From: Escherichia coli
GTDB lineage: Bacteria; Pseudomonadota; Gammaproteobacteria; Enterobacterales; Enterobacteriaceae
Reading direction: 5' to 3' (one strand)
Assembly: GCF_030013205.1 (NCBI RefSeq)
Contig: NZ_CP122648.1
Length of the DNA stretch: 64,000 nucleotides
This document shows positions 18,662-28,546 of this stretch, piece after piece. The translations under genes and the position numbers were made by a program. The notes beneath the pieces are model-generated. The model made no database searches and was not told the origin of the DNA. It saw only the letters and a list, made by a program, of their open reading frames with translations. Positions within the stretch are counted from its first letter, which is position 1; each line of letters starts with the position of its first letter.

Positions 18662-19380
18662 TTCATTTTAACCTTAATCAGCCACATCTCAGGGATGTGC
18701 TGCGTGCCATTAACGAGGCGGAGTTATCACCGGCAAAGGCCAGGAAACTACTGGTTCGTATTGCGAAATACGGTTTGATCCCCGCAGCAAAGCGTAATGT
18801 GAAGAACCAGCGGACACCGGAGGGCGTCGCCTGGGCACCACGAAAAAGGCCGGATAAAGCCAGCGGCAAATATAAAAACAAAATGCTGCTGGGACTGCCG
18901 AAATTGATGGCCATCAGGGCTGACAATGACGGAAAAACGGTTCGCATCTATTTCAAAAAAGGGGATTACGCAACCCGCGTGCACGCAGGGGCAATTGCTC
19001 AGATACAGCAGAACGGAACCCGTATCACCCACAGAGGAAGCAGAAAGTGGAGTGCCGGCGTAATGGAAACCATGCGCGAACAACCGGCCACACGACGGCA
19101 GGCTCACCGCTTACTCTCGCTGGGATTTCTCGCCCCAACAGGAGCGGTCAACAAAAAAACCGGCCGCAGAAATTCTCGGAAACCATCCCTGAAATGGATT
19201 ATGGAAAACATGAGCAGACTACAGGCAGGTACGGTGATCAACATTCTTAAAGCTGAAGAAGCAAGGAATACCTGGGAAATCACCATTCCGGCCAGGACAT
19301 TCCTCGGAGCCAGCGGCGAAGAGTTTACCCGCATGCTGGAGGCGCAGCTGCGCAGCCTGCATCACGGCGGCACGAGATAA
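18658..19380 (+). CDS. Virion morphogenesis/tail completion protein (gpS-like, putative)
   Basis: ATGA overlap with the upstream gene; position. Confidence 0.45.
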   Translation: MIHFNLNQPHLRDVLRAINEAELSPAKARKLLVRIAKYGLIPAAKRNVKNQRTPEGVAWAPRKRPDKASGKYKNKMLLGLPKLMAIRADNDGKTVRIYFKKGDYATRVHAGAIAQIQQNGTRITHRGSRKWSAGVMETMREQPATRRQAHRLLSLGFLAPTGAVNKKTGRRNSRKPSLKWIMENMSRLQAGTVINILKAEEARNTWEITIPARTFLGASGEEFTRMLEAQLRSLHHGGTR

Positions 19381-19398
19381 CAAAATCAGGAGACAACC

Positions 19399-20547
19399 AT
19401 GACTTGGCCATCTGTCACGATTGAACAGTACAACACATTCAGCAGTTCACCGGACGGCGTGGAAAATACACTGCTGTTTGTGGGCAACGCACAAAACAAC
19501 AAAGGTAAGGTTCTGCCGGTTAACGCTAACAGCGATCTGGATGAACTGCTGGGAACAAACGCCAGCCCACTGAAGAATTTCCTTCAGTCCGCACTGACCA
19601 ATGCCGGACAAAATGCCTTTTTCTATGTTGCCATTCTGCCGGAAGCAGGCAAAGGCAAAGAAGCGACGCCAGCCTGCCAGGCATGGCAGAACGCCATACT
19701 GGCCGCTCAGGAAACTGTTTCAGTGGAAGGCGTGGTGATCACCGAACCGGTCAGCACGAAGGATGACATCAACGCCATACAGGCGTTACGTCAGACCATC
19801 ATCAATAAATATCAGCGCCGCATCTGGTTCATCCTGACCATCGCCGCCAACGACGGCAGTAAAACCTGGGCGGACTACGTTGCCGAACTGACCACGCTAC
19901 AGAAAGGTATTGCAGCCCCGCAAATCATGCTGGTTCCGGAAATTTTTGGCTTTGAACCGGGCGTTCTCGCCGGCCGTCTGTGTAACAGCGCCGTCACCAT
20001 TGCTGACAGTCCGGCGCGTGTGGCAACCGGGGCGCTGTCCGCACTGAAAACCACAGAGCGCCCGAAGGACAGCGCAGGGCAGGCAATTGATCTCGCCACC
20101 CTGCAGGCGCTGGCAACCGCCCGCTACAGCGTGCCCATGTGGTATGCCGACTATGACGGCCTTTACTGGGCCGATGGTGTGACACTTGAGGTGGAAGGCG
20201 GGGACTACAACGTCATTGAGCATGTCCGCATTGCTGACAAGGTGGCACGCCGCGTGCGGCTGATGGCCATCCCCAAAATTGCCGACCGCTCGCTGAACAG
20301 CACGCCGGGTAGCATTGCCGCACATGAAACGCTGTTTGCCCGCCCACTGCGTGCCATGGCGAAATCCACGCAAATTAACGGCATCACGTTTCCGGGCGAA
20401 GTGAAATCCCCCCAGAAAGGCGACGTGGTTATCACCTGGCAGGACGAAAAGACGGTCAGCATCAGCATTGTCGTCCGCCCTTACGCCTGCCCCAAAACCA
20501 TTAAGGTGGGCATTCAGCTGGATAAATCTCTGGAGGAGAACGCATGA
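19399..20547 (+). CDS. Tail sheath protein (putative)
   Basis: 382 aa, immediately upstream of a small tube-like protein, chaperone and tape measure. Confidence 0.5.
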   Translation: MTWPSVTIEQYNTFSSSPDGVENTLLFVGNAQNNKGKVLPVNANSDLDELLGTNASPLKNFLQSALTNAGQNAFFYVAILPEAGKGKEATPACQAWQNAILAAQETVSVEGVVITEPVSTKDDINAIQALRQTIINKYQRRIWFILTIAANDGSKTWADYVAELTTLQKGIAAPQIMLVPEIFGFEPGVLAGRLCNSAVTIADSPARVATGALSALKTTERPKDSAGQAIDLATLQALATARYSVPMWYADYDGLYWADGVTLEVEGGDYNVIEHVRIADKVARRVRLMAIPKIADRSLNSTPGSIAAHETLFARPLRAMAKSTQINGITFPGEVKSPQKGDVVITWQDEKTVSISIVVRPYACPKTIKVGIQLDKSLEENA

Positions 20548-20999
20548 CGACCCGCATTAACGGCATGGCCTTTGACGTTTATATCGGCGGAACGGATATC
20601 CACGTGAAAAACATTTCACTGGACATCAGCGATGAAAGCGCCGTTGCCAAAACCCGTGGCATCCCTGACGGCAAACTGCGCGGCCCTGTCAGTGCCGAAG
20701 GTGAAATTGAAATGAGTACCCGCAGCTTTAACCAACTCGGGGAAGTGGCTGCTCAGGCGGGATCGTGGCGCGATCTGCCGCCCATGGATTTTGTGTTTTA
20801 CGCCAATACGGGCACCGAAGAAATCCGCGTTGAAGCCTTCGGTTGCGAGCTGATGCTTTCCGGCCTGTTAAGCATTGACACCGAGAGCACAGATCTGACC
20901 ACGCACAAAATCAAGTACGTGGTGGCAAGCCCTGACTTTGTGCGTATCAACGGCGTGCCCGTTCTCTCAGAGAACGACGTGCGCGGACTGATGGGGTGA
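20544..20999 (+). CDS. Tail tube protein (putative)
   Basis: 151 aa, overlapping the sheath stop. Confidence 0.5.
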   Translation: MTTRINGMAFDVYIGGTDIHVKNISLDISDESAVAKTRGIPDGKLRGPVSAEGEIEMSTRSFNQLGEVAAQAGSWRDLPPMDFVFYANTGTEEIRVEAFGCELMLSGLLSIDTESTDLTTHKIKYVVASPDFVRINGVPVLSENDVRGLMG

Positions 21000-21002
21000 A
21001 CC

Positions 21003-21299
21003 ATGCAGGAGCATGAGCGCACCATTATCACCCTGGGCATTCTGGGCGGAATCGCTGCCGCAAGTCGGGTGCTGGCTGGCGCAGAGCCGATTACGTTGCG
21101 GTTGTTTGTGGGGCGAACCCTGCTGGGGAGCGCGCTGGGTGTTTCTGCCGCTGCCCTGCTGGTTCGTTACCCGAACCTTGACCCACTGGCCATTGCCGGC
21201 GCAGGCACTGCAATGGGCGTTGCCGGTTACCAGATTGTTGAAATCTTCCTGCGTCATATGCGCCGGAAGCTGAGCGAGAAAGAGAACAAAGAGGAGTAA
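21003..21299 (+). CDS. Holin-like membrane protein (putative)
   Basis: 98 aa with Gly/Ala-rich hydrophobic helices and a charged C-terminus; directly upstream of the endolysin. Confidence 0.5.
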   Translation: MQEHERTIITLGILGGIAAASRVLAGAEPITLRLFVGRTLLGSALGVSAAALLVRYPNLDPLAIAGAGTAMGVAGYQIVEIFLRHMRRKLSEKENKEE

Positions 21300-21304
21300 C
21301 AGCA

Positions 21305-21412
21305 ATGCTGTCCCGCAGGGAACAAAAAGCTGCTGCCATTGCCTGGAAAATTATCCGGGCACTGTGGTACTGGCTGCGCAAACCTCAGCAACCTCATAAG
21401 GAGCAAAAATGA
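21305..21412 (+). CDS. Small lysis-associated protein (35 aa, putative)
   Basis: MLSRREQKAAAIAWKIIRALWYWLRKPQQPHKEQK; ATGA overlap with the endolysin start; below the ORF-track cutoff. Confidence 0.3.
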   Translation: MLSRREQKAAAIAWKIIRALWYWLRKPQQPHKEQK

Positions 21413-21750
21413 AACTCTCCGATAAGCAACAACAATTTACCGTCATGATCGGAAAACTCATCCAGTTTGCCCATCAGCGCGGTTATGGCCTGACGTTCGG
21501 TGAGGCGTACCGCACGCCAGAACAGGCAAAACTCAACGCACAAAAGGGATCCGGCATTGCCAACAGCCTGCACTGCCAGCGGCTGGCCGTGGATTTTAAT
21601 CTGTTTATTAACGGTGAATATCAGACCCGCACAGAGGCCTACCGCGAGCTGGGCGAGTACTGGGAATCCCTTGGTGGCGCATGGGGCGGTCGTTTTAAAA
21701 ACCGCCCGGATGGCAATCATTTCAGCCTTGAGCACGACGGCGTGCGCTGA
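21409..21750 (+). CDS. Endolysin, peptidase M15 family (L-alanyl-D-glutamate peptidase type)
   Basis: SLHCQRLAVDFNLF ... GGRFKNRPDGNHFSLEH zinc-ligand motifs typical of M15 phage endolysins. Confidence 0.7.
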   Translation: MKLSDKQQQFTVMIGKLIQFAHQRGYGLTFGEAYRTPEQAKLNAQKGSGIANSLHCQRLAVDFNLFINGEYQTRTEAYRELGEYWESLGGAWGGRFKNRPDGNHFSLEHDGVR

Positions 21751-21814
21751 TTTTACGCTTAATAAGCCTTCCTGCAGGCTTATTAAGCCCTCTTATTCTT
21801 GACTTTAAAAGGAA

Positions 21815-22108
21815 ATGATGATGAACGATAAAAACACCCAGACTACCGCAGAGAACACCATCACTTTACAGGTCGGCGAGCATGAACTGACGTTTATCCC
21901 GACCGTAAAAGCCTACAACGACCTGCAGAACGACTTCATGCCGGATAACAAAATCGCGCCGCTGAAAAACTACCTGCGCCGTATCGTGATTAAAGAGCAC
22001 CGCGATCTGCTTAACCAGTTGCTGGAAAAACCAGGAATGCCGGCCAGCCTGGCAACAGCCGTGAATAACGAGTTTGTGCCGGAAGTGGAAATCACCGTAA
22101 AAAAATAA
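21815..22108 (+). CDS. Tail assembly chaperone (short product; a -1 frameshift would extend it to 22296)
   Basis: Immediately upstream of the tape measure gene; ends in the slippery A_AAA_AAA plus stop. Confidence 0.5.
   Translation: MMMNDKNTQTTAENTITLQVGEHELTFIPTVKAYNDLQNDFMPDNKIAPLKNYLRRIVIKEHRDLLNQLLEKPGMPASLATAVNNEFVPEVEITVKK
22099..22105 (+). other. A_AAA_AAA slippery heptamer for programmed -1 ribosomal frameshift
   Basis: Seven A in X_XXY_YYZ register followed by the 0-frame stop; the -1 frame stays open to the TAA at 22294-22296, abutting the tape measure ATG. Confidence 0.5.
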
Positions 22109-22295
22109 AAAGCCATCTGGGGGCCATTGATCGCAATGACCTTACCCGGATGCTGATTCTGCGCCGCCACTGGCTGCCCGGCGAGGATGACTCGCCGCAG
22201 TCACTGGCTGCCGCCGTCTGGCTGGATAACCACTACTGGGAAAATATGAGCATCGCCGTCAATAACGGCATTATCCGTGCTTTTAAGGGATCGTA

Positions 22296-24470
22296 ATGTC
22301 ACAACAGCGCCTTGAATTACTTCTTGAACTGACAGACCGCCTGACAAGGCCGTTGCGTGCAGCCGGGCGACAGGTTCAGGGATTTGCTGCAACAAGTCGG
22401 GGAGCCTTTCGGGACATTGCTACCGGAGGCGCTGCACTCTGGGGAGTGGGTGCAGCCATTCAGGGTGCACTGATGCCAGCCATTGAAATGGACAGGGCGC
22501 TCGGTGAGGTAAAATCACTGGGCGTCGCAGAGTCCGGACTGCGAAAACTCAGCCGCGCCGCCGTTGATTTCACTATGGAATACGGCGGGGCTGCGCAGGA
22601 TTTTGTGCGTGCTTCTTACGACATCCAGTCAGCCATTGCCGGCTTAACTGACGATGAGCTGTCCCGCTTCACCACCGCATCAGCAACGGTGGCAGCAGCA
22701 ACCAAATCCAGCAGCCAGACCATTACCGCCTACATGGGCACCATGTACGGCATCTTTAAAGACCAGGCTGATGCCATGGGAAAAAGCAAATGGGTGGAGC
22801 AGGTCGCCGGGCAAACCGCCACCGCCGTGCAAATGTTTAAAACCACCGGCGATAACATGTCAGCAGCGTTCACCACGCTGGGTGCCAGCGCAAAAGCGGC
22901 AGGTATTGATGCGGCTGAACAGTTCGCCGTGCTGGGACAACTGCAGGCCACCATGAGTGGCAGCGAGGCCGGGACAAAGTACAAGGCATTTCTTGCCGCA
23001 GTAGGCAGCGCCCAGAAAAAGCTGGGGCTTAATTTCGTGAATAAAGACGGCACCATGAAAAGTGTTGTCGAGATCATGAAACTTATCAGGGGCAAATTTG
23101 GTGATCTGTCAAAAGTAGCTGATTCCGATTTGTTGAAAAGCGCCTTTGGCTCCGATGAAGCTGTGGCCATGATTAAATTACTCAATGCGAATATTGACGG
23201 ACTTGAAAAGAACATCAACACGCTGGGCAATATCAAAGGTATGGATAAGGCTGTCGAAATGGCGCAGGCCATGGCTGATCCATGGGAACAGGCCGCCGCA
23301 ATTATTAACGGCATTCGCATTGAAATTGGCACACAGTTGTTGCCCGTTCTGTACCCGTTCATCCAGAAAAGCAACGAAGGCGGCAAATCCTTTGTTGCCT
23401 GGTTACGTCTGTATCCAAACATCACGCGCGCAATTGGTTTACTGGCGGGGACTTTTCTTAGCCTCGCAACCGTTGGCGCTCTCAGCAATATCATCATGGG
23501 ACTGTTCAGCTTTGTAACAAAAGGGCTGATTGCCCCCGTAACAGGCTTAATAAAGCTTCTCAGGTTAAGCGCATTGCGAAATACACTGGCCGCTGCTGCA
23601 ACAGGGGCTTATGCCGCTGCACAACAATATCTGAACAGGGTCATGCTGGTTTCAATGCTGACAGGACGCGGCTTTCTTACCACCATGCTGATGATGAGCG
23701 GGCCCATTCTGCTTATTGGTGCAGCCATTGCAGCAGTTGTTGCTCTTGTCTGGAAATTCTGGGAACCCATCAAAGCGTTTTTCAGCGGATTCATTCAGGG
23801 GTTCAGCGATGCATGGAAGACTATTTCACTTGGCTCTCCCATTCTGGCCGATATCGGCGCTGTTTTTGGTTTTGTATGGGATGCCATCAAAACAGCATTT
23901 AACTGGCTGATGAATTTACTCACACCGGTAGAACTGACGGGCGAAGCGTTCGGACGCGCCAGCGATGCCGGTGCGTCTTTTGGCCGTATCGTTGCCACAG
24001 CAATCAACTGGATCCTGACGCCAACTGAAATCATGCTCGGACTGTTATCAAAAGTGTGGCAGGCCCTGCTCATTATTCTGCAGGGGTATAAGGATATCTG
24101 GAACAGCCTGGATATTACTCACCCTCTGGATTCACTGAAAAATCTGGCTTCCGGGATCCTGGCTATTTTCAGCAACCTCTGGGAACTGGTGAAACAGTCC
24201 TTCAGTGATTCATGGGGCTGGATTGTGGACAAACTCAACATGATCCCCGGCGTTAACATCGGCACATCAGAAAGCACAGGAAGTGGCGAAGGTTCCGTAT
24301 TAACCGGCGGTAAAGCTATCAGCGCAGGGCCGGGTGGCATTGCGGCAGAGATGCAGAGCAACAGCGAAAACCAGACCACAATCGACAACTCCCGTCGTGT
24401 GGTCAACGTTAACGTACAGGATCCCTCCCCAGCCCGTCTTAACGAGTGGATGGAGCTACATGCATACTGA
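22296..24470 (+). CDS. Tail tape measure protein
   Basis: 724 aa, Ala/Gly-rich with hydrophobic central segments, directly after the frameshifted chaperone. Confidence 0.8.
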   Translation: MSQQRLELLLELTDRLTRPLRAAGRQVQGFAATSRGAFRDIATGGAALWGVGAAIQGALMPAIEMDRALGEVKSLGVAESGLRKLSRAAVDFTMEYGGAAQDFVRASYDIQSAIAGLTDDELSRFTTASATVAAATKSSSQTITAYMGTMYGIFKDQADAMGKSKWVEQVAGQTATAVQMFKTTGDNMSAAFTTLGASAKAAGIDAAEQFAVLGQLQATMSGSEAGTKYKAFLAAVGSAQKKLGLNFVNKDGTMKSVVEIMKLIRGKFGDLSKVADSDLLKSAFGSDEAVAMIKLLNANIDGLEKNINTLGNIKGMDKAVEMAQAMADPWEQAAAIINGIRIEIGTQLLPVLYPFIQKSNEGGKSFVAWLRLYPNITRAIGLLAGTFLSLATVGALSNIIMGLFSFVTKGLIAPVTGLIKLLRLSALRNTLAAAATGAYAAAQQYLNRVMLVSMLTGRGFLTTMLMMSGPILLIGAAIAAVVALVWKFWEPIKAFFSGFIQGFSDAWKTISLGSPILADIGAVFGFVWDAIKTAFNWLMNLLTPVELTGEAFGRASDAGASFGRIVATAINWILTPTEIMLGLLSKVWQALLIILQGYKDIWNSLDITHPLDSLKNLASGILAIFSNLWELVKQSFSDSWGWIVDKLNMIPGVNIGTSESTGSGEGSVLTGGKAISAGPGGIAAEMQSNSENQTTIDNSRRVVNVNVQDPSPARLNEWMELHAY

Positions 24471-24810
24471 TAAACCGCTTTACATTGATTTGCTCATCAC
24501 CGGTCGCAATCTCACGCTGAACAGCGCCAGTGAGCCGGTGTTATGCAACAACAGAGAAAGTATTGCCCAGGACTGCCAGCACGCCATCATTGAGAGCGGA
24601 CTGGCAACGCGCCTGCTGGCTGAAAAAAGTCCGACGCTTCGTGCCGACATCATGATGCAGATGACGCTGCTGATTGAAGATGATGAGCGCATCACACCCG
24701 GCACGGTCAGTGTGACAGAAGAAACCCCGCTTTCTGGTCGCCTGCTGATTAGCGCCCACACCGAAGATTTTTTTGATCCCCTGACTTTTACGGTATCTCT
24801 TGATGATTAA
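24460..24810 (+). CDS. Baseplate protein (gpW-like position, putative)
   Basis: 116 aa, upstream of the baseplate J-like gene. Confidence 0.4.
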   Translation: MHTDKPLYIDLLITGRNLTLNSASEPVLCNNRESIAQDCQHAIIESGLATRLLAEKSPTLRADIMMQMTLLIEDDERITPGTVSVTEETPLSGRLLISAHTEDFFDPLTFTVSLDD

Positions 24811-25987
24811 CGGCAAACCCACCGCAGATTACGAGCGCATTCTGGCTGATAACGGCATGCCGGTAACAGAAGAACAGGCGCGCGCTGAATTTGAAGCCAT
24901 TGTCAAAGACGAAGGGCTTATCACCAACACATCCCACATGTCGCCGTTCTGGCGACTGATTACAGCTATCGCCACAAAACCCGTGATGTGGCTGAAAGAT
25001 GCGCTGGTTAATGTGGTGATGAAAAACCTGTTTCTGGCCGATGCCAGCGGTGTATTCGTTGATGTTTTTGCCTGGGCGGTAAACCTGCAACGCAAGGCCG
25101 CCACGCACGCAGCCGGCGTGATTCGTTTCACCAAGAACGACATTGATCGCGCAGTTACCGTGCCGGCCGGTACGCAGATTCAGACAGAACGCATTAACGG
25201 CGTGATTTATACGCTGACCGTTGTCAGGGATACCGTTATTCCGGCAGGAACACTCAGCATGAACATCGATGTTTCTGCGGAACAGGCCGGAGCCGGCTTT
25301 AACCTTGCGCCGGGATATTACCGCATCCTTCCGGTGGCGATTGATGGTATTGCCGGTGTTGAGAACGATGAAAACTGGCTGACCACACCGGGTGCCAACG
25401 AAGAAAGCGATGACGAGCTGCGTGATCGTGTTCGCAATCAGTTTAATCTTGCCGGCGCTTATCACACCGATGCAGTTTACCGGGGGTTAATTGCCGGCGT
25501 TGCCGGCATCAGTGCCGACCGCATCTATTTTCTGCATGACGCACCACGCGGCCCCGGCACAGCAAATGCTTACATTCTGCTGGATACCGGCATCGCATCC
25601 GAACCGTTCGTTGATGCAGTAAACGCATTCATTAACGATGAAGGTCATCACGGGCACGGTGATGATCTGCGCTGTTTTTCCATGCCTGAAACGCGCCACA
25701 CCCTGACCGTGACTCTCTGGCTGTATGCAACACTGAACCTCAGCGATGAGGAAATTCAGATGTTATTGCGCAATGTGGAAAACCTGGTTCGCTGCGCATT
25801 TCGCGAAAACAGCGATTATGACGTTCAGAAAACATGGCCGTACAGCCGTTTCAGCATGTCCAGACTGGGCGAAGAGATCCACCAGGTATTTCCACAGGTG
25901 GAGTCGGTTACGTTTTCTCTTCCGGATATTCTCAGTGATCTGGCCGTTCCTCGTCTGGAATCCCTTACTGTGGAGGTGAGCGCGTGA
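24800..25987 (+). CDS. Baseplate J-like protein (putative)
   Basis: 395 aa; position upstream of a tail-protein-I-like gene and the fibre genes. Confidence 0.55.
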   Translation: MMINGKPTADYERILADNGMPVTEEQARAEFEAIVKDEGLITNTSHMSPFWRLITAIATKPVMWLKDALVNVVMKNLFLADASGVFVDVFAWAVNLQRKAATHAAGVIRFTKNDIDRAVTVPAGTQIQTERINGVIYTLTVVRDTVIPAGTLSMNIDVSAEQAGAGFNLAPGYYRILPVAIDGIAGVENDENWLTTPGANEESDDELRDRVRNQFNLAGAYHTDAVYRGLIAGVAGISADRIYFLHDAPRGPGTANAYILLDTGIASEPFVDAVNAFINDEGHHGHGDDLRCFSMPETRHTLTVTLWLYATLNLSDEEIQMLLRNVENLVRCAFRENSDYDVQKTWPYSRFSMSRLGEEIHQVFPQVESVTFSLPDILSDLAVPRLESLTVEVSA

Positions 25988-26619
25988 AACTTCCGGAGAT
26001 CCCTGAATTTCCGCTCCCCACCTGGATGAATAAAGGCGAGCCGTTAACGCTGGCACATTCATCGCATCGCTACTGGGAAAAGGTATACAGCTGGCTGACG
26101 TGGCCACTACAGCAGATTGATGTCGACACCTGCGCAGAGCCTTTACTTAACCTGCTGGCTTATCAGCGCAATATCACCCGATTTAAAGGTGAGCCGGTTT
26201 CGTTATTTCGCTTAAGAGTGAAACACGCGTTTATTAACGCTCAGGACTCTGGCGAACGCGCCGGCTTCGAACGCATCTTTAAGCGTCTTGGCGTGGGAGA
26301 CGTTAAAACACTGGAACGGCAACTGCAGCATGACTGGGACGTTATTTTACTGCGCATTAATGACACCCAGTTAAGTGAAAACAACGCGCTGATGATGCAG
26401 CTCGTGCGCCAGTATGGTCGTACCTGCAGGCGCTATTTCTTTCAGGTAATCAATACAACCACTGCCCGGCTGACAGCCGGCACATTTGATGGCCATTACA
26501 GGTATCACACAGCAGAAGCAACGGTGAGAAAGGACACCATCTGGTTAACCGCTTCGCTACAGGCAGGACATTACGGCCTGTCCGTGGAACATTACACATT
26601 ACAGGCAGATGAAGCATGA
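25984..26619 (+). CDS. Tail protein I-like (putative)
   Basis: 211 aa; position between the J-like gene and the fibre. Confidence 0.45.
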   Translation: MKLPEIPEFPLPTWMNKGEPLTLAHSSHRYWEKVYSWLTWPLQQIDVDTCAEPLLNLLAYQRNITRFKGEPVSLFRLRVKHAFINAQDSGERAGFERIFKRLGVGDVKTLERQLQHDWDVILLRINDTQLSENNALMMQLVRQYGRTCRRYFFQVINTTTARLTAGTFDGHYRYHTAEATVRKDTIWLTASLQAGHYGLSVEHYTLQADEA

Positions 26620-28544
26620 GCACGATTATTACTGAACAGTACGAACACTGGTGCGCAAATCAAATCATCAGTGGAAAACCTGCGCGCCCGGATACATTTG
26701 TTTTTGCATATATTCCGGGACAGGATGAATCCGCAGAGATCCCCTGCGATGAGATACTCCCTGATGAATCCATGATTCAGTATCGTGCGCCGGTCACCCA
26801 GTACGGCCTCCTGTCGCCGAACGCGACCGCGTTTTCCATCATTCTGGACACGACAGTCGGCGACTTCGAATACAACTGGATCGGTCTGCTGAACGAAGAA
26901 AGTGGCGTGCTCTGCATGATTGCACACACACCTCGTCAGCAAAAAATTAAAACAGCGAACGGCGTGCAGGGAAACAACCTGATCCGCACATTTTCCATGG
27001 AGTTTGACGGCGCAGCCGCAGCAATGCATATCGATGTCAGCGCCGATGTCTGGCAGATTGATTTCACTGCACGCCTGGCCGGAATGGATGAAGCCCGCCG
27101 ACTGCTGGCATTTGATCACTATGGTGAAGCCGCTTTTCTGGGGGATGGTTTTCAGGTCAGCTATCAGGATGGTACCGCCACTGTTGCCGCCGGCATCGGG
27201 TATGTGGGAGGTCTGCGCGTCAGCCTGCGCGAACCTTACAGCCTGCCGGCTGCTGTCGGGGATACCCTCTGGATTGATGCAAGCTGGCAGGGATTTGTTA
27301 CCGGCGAATGGAGCACCGTTTTTACGTTCTGCGCTCGCAAGGAACACGCGCCCTATACAGACGGGAACGGTTTCCAACACTTTGTCGCGCCACTTGCAAA
27401 ACTGACAGCAGGTGGCCCACAGGATTTACGCCCACAGACGCCCGACGAAGAGCAAAGCAACGCGCTGGCAGAACACGAAAAATCCCGCAGACACCCGGAT
27501 GCCACGCTGACCGAAAAAGGCTTTGCGCAGTACAGCAACGCCACCGACAGCGATGCAGAAGACCGCGCCGCCACGTCAAAAGCGGTAAAAATCGCAATGG
27601 ATAACGCCAACGCACGTCTTGCGAAAAATCGCAACGGCAGCGACATTCCCAATAAACCGCTGTTTATTGAAAACGTCGGACTGAAACCCACCGTTGATAA
27701 AGCTGAAAGCGCCGTTCAACGCGCTGGCGACACCATGACCGGGGAACTGAAAATCCGTGGTGTTAATGCACTGAGGATTTTCAACGAAGCCTTTGGTCTG
27801 ATTTTTCGTCGCTCGGAAGAGTGCCTGCACCTTATCCCTACCAGTGAAGGTCAGGGCGAGAATGGCGATATTGGCCCACTGCGGCCCATTTCCATTAACC
27901 TGCGCCAGGGCGATGTGGTTATTGGTGACAGGATTGGCATCGGTAATGAGAACAATCTGGGTGAAAAATCACTCACGCTCTGTGATAGCAATACCGGTTT
28001 TAAGTGGGGCGGACGCGGTGTTATTAATGTGTTTGCAGAGGGACACAACGCCTTTCGTTTTACAAAAAACGGTGTGCTGGCATTAGAAAATCTCTCGACC
28101 GGCAATTTAAGAAAGTTCACGCTGTCGTGTGACAGTTCTTCCACGAAGAGTGCAAGATTTAATCTATGGGGAAATTCCTCAAGGCCTGTTGTTGCAGAGC
28201 TTGGTGATGATTCTGGCTGGCATTTTTACAGTCAGAGGAATACGGATAACAGCATAACGTTTGCCGTAAACGGGCAGATGGTTCCATCAAACTACGGAAA
28301 CTTTGATGCCCGCTATCAGCAGCGAAATGGCGGCGTGCAGGATGTGCGTTATGGTTCCGAAATGTATTACAACCCGGGAGGTAACCAGGTATCCTGGACA
28401 TTTCGCTCACCTTCAGGCCACGGGTTATCCGGTATTAATGTGCAGGAAACCGGAAGTAATTCGGCAGATAACATCGGCGGCGTGTATTACCGTCCGCTTC
28501 AGAAACTGATTAACGGCACCTGGTATAACGTGGCGAGTGTTTAA
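26616..28544 (+). CDS. Tail fibre protein 1 (P2 gpH-like C-terminal region)
   Basis: ...AEHEKSRRHPDATLTEKGF... and ...FNLWGNSSRPVVAELGDDSGWHFYSQRNTDNSITFAVNGQMVPSNYGNFDARY... match the recalled P2 H. Confidence 0.8.
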   Translation: MSTIITEQYEHWCANQIISGKPARPDTFVFAYIPGQDESAEIPCDEILPDESMIQYRAPVTQYGLLSPNATAFSIILDTTVGDFEYNWIGLLNEESGVLCMIAHTPRQQKIKTANGVQGNNLIRTFSMEFDGAAAAMHIDVSADVWQIDFTARLAGMDEARRLLAFDHYGEAAFLGDGFQVSYQDGTATVAAGIGYVGGLRVSLREPYSLPAAVGDTLWIDASWQGFVTGEWSTVFTFCARKEHAPYTDGNGFQHFVAPLAKLTAGGPQDLRPQTPDEEQSNALAEHEKSRRHPDATLTEKGFAQYSNATDSDAEDRAATSKAVKIAMDNANARLAKNRNGSDIPNKPLFIENVGLKPTVDKAESAVQRAGDTMTGELKIRGVNALRIFNEAFGLIFRRSEECLHLIPTSEGQGENGDIGPLRPISINLRQGDVVIGDRIGIGNENNLGEKSLTLCDSNTGFKWGGRGVINVFAEGHNAFRFTKNGVLALENLSTGNLRKFTLSCDSSSTKSARFNLWGNSSRPVVAELGDDSGWHFYSQRNTDNSITFAVNGQMVPSNYGNFDARYQQRNGGVQDVRYGSEMYYNPGGNQVSWTFRSPSGHGLSGINVQETGSNSADNIGGVYYRPLQKLINGTWYNVASV

Positions 28545-28546
28545 CA

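Noticed and set aside
22730-23497. 255-aa minus-strand ORF antisense to the tape measure gene (and similar antisense ORFs at 8108..8593, 16785..17630, 19897..20373)
   Set aside because: These are shadows of GC-rich coding regions on the opposite strand of strongly supported genes; the translations are Ala/Arg/Pro/Cys-rich.
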